DNA from: Minisyncoccia bacterium
GTDB lineage: Bacteria; Patescibacteriota; Minisyncoccia; Phycocordibacterales; UBA9973
Reading direction: 5' to 3'
Length of the DNA stretch: 64,000 nucleotides
NCBI GenBank assembly: GCA_038219305.1
Contig: JBBRJM010000001.1
Span: 3,887 to 67,886, forward strand
The position numbers were made by a program, and so were the translations under genes. The notes under the pieces are model-generated. The model saw only the letters and a program-made list of their open reading frames with translations. It did not search any database and was not told the origin of the DNA. This document shows, piece after piece, positions 60,850-64,000 of the stretch (positions within the stretch are counted from its first letter, which is position 1; every line of letters begins with the position of its first letter).

Positions 60850-61719
60850 TTATCTTTCTGTCATTATTTTATTAATTCGTTCGTCTAATTCAAATATAGC
60901 TTTTTCTGATTCATCTTTATTGGGCGCTTTGCCATGCCATAGATAATTATTCTCGAACATTTTAACTCCAAAGCCTGGTATCGTATTCGCAATAATAACA
61001 TTTGGACGATCGAGGTTAACAAATTTAGCTTGATAAATTGCTTTTTCAATTTCTTTAATATCATTACCATTTATTTCAGTTACATGCCAATTAAAAGCTG
61101 TCCATTTAAGAACTAAATCATTAAGTGGCATAATATCTTCCGTCTGACCATCGATTTGAATGTTATTTCTATCAACAATCACAATTAAATTATGTAATTT
61201 TTCCTTGGCGGCTAAAAGAATAGCTTCCCAGTTTTGTCCTTCATTTAATTCTCCATCACCTAAAATACAATAAATATTTTTATCATTATCTTGATCTAAT
61301 CGTGAAGCCAATGCCATACCCACAGCTTGAGAAAGTCCTTCACCTAGAGGTCCTGATGAAGTCTCTAATATTGGTAGATATTCCCGATGAGGATGGCCTT
61401 GGAGGCGTGAGCCAAATTTACGAAGTGTCATAAGTTCCGAAACTGGAAAATATCCAACATGGGCTAAGGTCGCATATAATACTGGACAAATATGACCATT
61501 AGAAAGTATCAAATGATCTCGTGAAGGCCATTTAGGGTTATGAGGGTCGTGTTTTAATCCTTCAAAATATAAATAAGTAAAAATATCAGCCATCCCAAGA
61601 GCTCCGGCAGTATGACCCGAGCCAGCAGATTGAAGCATAGAGACAATGCTCTTTCTAATTTCCATAGCAATAAGACGCAGTTCTTTTAATCTATTTCCAG
61701 ATATTTTTTCCATTATCAA
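60850..61719 (-). CDS. Transketolase, N-terminal subunit (TPP-binding)
   Basis: TPP motif GDGELNEGQNWEA and a His cluster. 4-nt gap to the C-subunit gene. Confidence 0.8.
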   Translation of the reverse strand: MIMEKISGNRLKELRLIAMEIRKSIVSMLQSAGSGHTAGALGMADIFTYLYFEGLKHDPHNPKWPSRDHLILSNGHICPVLYATLAHVGYFPVSELMTLRKFGSRLQGHPHREYLPILETSSGPLGEGLSQAVGMALASRLDQDNDKNIYCILGDGELNEGQNWEAILLAAKEKLHNLIVIVDRNNIQIDGQTEDIMPLNDLVLKWTAFNWHVTEINGNDIKEIEKAIYQAKFVNLDRPNVIIANTIPGFGVKMFENNYLWHGKAPNKDESEKAIFELDERINKIMTER

Positions 61720-61789
61720 TATTCTAACAAATAATTTTCAAAAATACCATCATTATTATTTTTTAGATTTCTATTATATAATAGAAATT

Positions 61790-62728
61790 ATGATTGAAAA
61801 TATATTTATTTTTGCCGTTTCATTTTTTTTAATTTTTAAGGGCGCTACCCTCTCAACTAAATATGCTTTTAATATTGCTAGGAGTTACAAATTATCAAAA
61901 TATGTTGTCGGTTTTATTATTGTCTCTGTTATCTCAATAATTCCTGAAGTTTTCATTTCAGTGAATTCAGCAATAGAAAAAGTTCCATCTCTTGGACTTG
62001 GAGCATTATTTGGAGGAAATATAGCTGATATGACACTTGTTTTTGCTATTATAATTTTTGTCTCTGGACGTGGAATAAAAGTTGACAGTAAAATATTAAA
62101 AGAAAATGTTCTCTATCCTTTATTTTTGATAATTCCAATATTCCTAGGACTTGATGGTTTTTATTCGCGCCTCGAAGGACTGACTCTCATAGTTGCCGGT
62201 ATTATTTTTTATTATTTAGCTCTAAGAAATAATAAAGAGGATACTTATACGACAGAAGTGCCAATTGATAATAATACTCGTCGAAGAGATATGTTATTAT
62301 TTTTATTAACAATATCATTATTAATAATTGGGTCACATTTCATTGTTACCTCTGCTGTTATTTTATCTAATTATTTAGGAGTAAATCAATCAATGATTGG
62401 AATCATAATAATCGGAGTTGGTACAACAATGCCAGAATTGTTCTTCTGTCTCTCGGCCGTTAAGAAAAATCATGATTCACTTGCAGTTGGAGATATACTA
62501 GGTACGGTTCTAGCCGATGCAACAATTGTAGTTGGTCTTCTTGCTTTAATAAGCCCATTTGCATTTCCACAAAAAATTATTTACTCAACGGGAATTTTCA
62601 TGATTCTTTCTTCTTTTTTGCTTTTTTATTTTATGCGCTCAGGAAAATTTGTATCAAAAAAAGAAAGTTATTTTCTCTTTTTATTTTGGTTACTTTTCGT
62701 TTTTGTCGAAATTGTAGTCTCGAGATAA
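61790..62728 (+). CDS. CaCA-family (Na+/Ca2+ exchanger-like, YrbG-type) membrane protein. The listed ORF start at 61646 overlaps the tkt gene; the Met at 61790 is more likely.
   Basis: Two internal repeats of multi-TM helices with G(D/N)..G-type alpha-repeat motifs (GGNIADMT; GDILGTVLADATIV). Confidence 0.45.
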   Translation: MIENIFIFAVSFFLIFKGATLSTKYAFNIARSYKLSKYVVGFIIVSVISIIPEVFISVNSAIEKVPSLGLGALFGGNIADMTLVFAIIIFVSGRGIKVDSKILKENVLYPLFLIIPIFLGLDGFYSRLEGLTLIVAGIIFYYLALRNNKEDTYTTEVPIDNNTRRRDMLLFLLTISLLIIGSHFIVTSAVILSNYLGVNQSMIGIIIIGVGTTMPELFFCLSAVKKNHDSLAVGDILGTVLADATIVVGLLALISPFAFPQKIIYSTGIFMILSSFLLFYFMRSGKFVSKKESYFLFLFWLLFVFVEIVVSR

Positions 62729-62729
62729 A

Positions 62730-63416
62730 TTAAAGATTAGAAAGTTCTTTCATTGTTTGATGAATATCAATACTTCTCTCAAGGACGGAGCCAACAATCA
62801 AGCGACTGGCACCAGCATTTACTAATCGCGGTGCAGTTTCTTCATTAACTGAACCATCAACGCTTATCGTCAGTTCAGGATAAATGATTTTTAAATTTTT
62901 TATTTGATCGATAACTCGTGCATCAAATTGCTGACCTTGGTGACCAATATTTTCAATTCCCATACATTGAACAAAGTTAATATAGTTTATATAAGGGGCA
63001 ATTTCTTTTATATCTGTTGTCGTATTTAAAGCAAGACCAATTTCGATATTTTCTCGAAAATATGGGTCAAGTGCTTCCAGAAATTCTTTAAAGTCAGCTG
63101 GATCTTCAGCTTCAACATGAAAGACCAAACGTTTTGCACCAAGTCGTGTAAAAAAATCAAAATTTTTGTGAGCATTTCTGACCATCAAATCAAATTCAAA
63201 ATCTAGTGTATCCCAATACGGTAGTCCCTCTTCTTCGTCAATAATCTTTGAAACACTCAATTCATCATGCGATGACATCGGCCATGTTCGCGAATCAACA
63301 AATTGACCATCACAAATATCGATTTGAATCATTCGCGAAAGACTTGCTACCTTTGAAATGTCTCGATATAATTCTTCATAATTTTCAGCCAAGACGGCTG
63401 GTATAATTTCAGTCAT
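62730..63416 (-). CDS. rpe: Ribulose-phosphate 3-epimerase family protein (divergent)
   Basis: IQIDICDGQFV (cf. H.D.MDG.FV) and C-terminal ISVDGSVN...AGASRLIVGS motifs. Confidence 0.55.
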   Translation of the reverse strand: MTEIIPAVLAENYEELYRDISKVASLSRMIQIDICDGQFVDSRTWPMSSHDELSVSKIIDEEEGLPYWDTLDFEFDLMVRNAHKNFDFFTRLGAKRLVFHVEAEDPADFKEFLEALDPYFRENIEIGLALNTTTDIKEIAPYINYINFVQCMGIENIGHQGQQFDARVIDQIKNLKIIYPELTISVDGSVNEETAPRLVNAGASRLIVGSVLERSIDIHQTMKELSNL

Positions 63417-63468
63417 AATTTGTTTATTTTACTATTATTATAGAAAAATACAAAACATCAATATTTAT

Positions 63469-64000
63469 CTATCTTTTTTCTTCGACTTTATAAAAATAGC
63501 CATCGCGAGAACCGACAAATATTTGCCCTTGCCAAATTGCAGGAGTAGATTCAATACATGAACCGTTTCCTAATTTATATGACCATAAAAGAGACGGTTT
63601 TGTTGGGTCAGTCAAAGAATAATTTTTTAAATAACCATCACAACTGCCAATCAATAATTCATCATCAATAACTACTGGCGATGACCATGAATGAGGATTA
63701 ATGGCTTCTTCCCAAACAATTTCACCAGTTGATTTATTAACAGCCATTAATCGCCCTGTATGAGTTGGCACATATAGATAATTTTTATAAAGAGCTGGTG
63801 TCGCCCAAATACCACCAACTTCGAATTCTTCTTTCGGAACACTAACACCCCAAACAAAAGGATCATCTTTATTTGGATCAAGTTTAATCAATTGGCCTAG
63901 CTCCTCTGACCTGAGATTAAATCGTTCAAGCTCAACACTCAGATACAACATCCCCTCACTATCAATCACGATAGTTGCATCAACATCATCTCCTACCCAG
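63469..64000 (-). CDS. PQQ-like beta-propeller repeat protein, N-terminal part beyond the window edge
   Basis: The reading frame stays open past 63969 to the window end. Repeated W/G-rich blade motifs. Confidence 0.5.
   Translation of the reverse strand, partial: WVGDDVDATIVIDSEGMLYLSVELERFNLRSEELGQLIKLDPNKDDPFVWGVSVPKEEFEVGGIWATPALYKNYLYVPTHTGRLMAVNKSTGEIVWEEAINPHSWSSPVVIDDELLIGSCDGYLKNYSLTDPTKPSLLWSYKLGNGSCIESTPAIWQGQIFVGSRDGYFYKVEEKR

Overview
This window is AT-rich (about 30-35% GC) and gene-dense, with short intergenic regions and no UGA read-through, so genetic code 11 applies. The gene content points to a reduced-genome Patescibacteria/CPR-like bacterium: split transketolase, a minimal pyruvate kinase, an RRM RNA-binding protein and a single F-type ATPase operon.

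Features that are well supported:
- A division/cell-wall (dcw) block mraZ-rsmH-ftsL-ftsI-murF, preceded by a GTGGG MraZ operator array over its promoter. murC and a second class-B PBP lie upstream of it.
- greA and lysS.
- An IS30-family insertion.
- An ECF sigma / anti-sigma pair, and a cupredoxin.
- gpmI, rsmI, ctpA, rplI and rpmA.
- rarA and a DEAD-box helicase.
- An eno / mini-pyk / 2-hydroxyacid dehydrogenase operon.
- An SOS unit: a Cheo-type LexA box, a small ORF, lexA and a PIF1/RecD-like helicase.
- AlkD-like and MGMT-like alkylation repair genes.
- The complete atpBEFHAGDC operon.
- prfA, rpmE, a lytic transglycosylase and rplY.
- fba, a PfkB-family kinase and rpe.
- Two tRNAs: tRNA-Glu(CUC) and tRNA-Ile(GAU).

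The most unusual structure sits at the two tRNA loci. Each tRNA lies on the minus strand. Each is followed by partial direct copies of its own 3' end, a 12-nt inverted copy of its T-arm, and a shared module of about 40 nt (GGAATCGGAARGCTTTT ... GATAAGYGTACTCRCGATCC + tRNA 3' end). The tRNA-derived parts of this module co-vary with the host tRNA, and it contains a stem with compensatory changes. This looks like a family of small tRNA-associated elements: attachment-site scars, a miniature mobile element, or a structured RNA.

Other notable items are a 3 x 70-bp tandem repeat upstream of the LexA operon, several long perfect palindromes, and a recurring leader motif in the atp operon.
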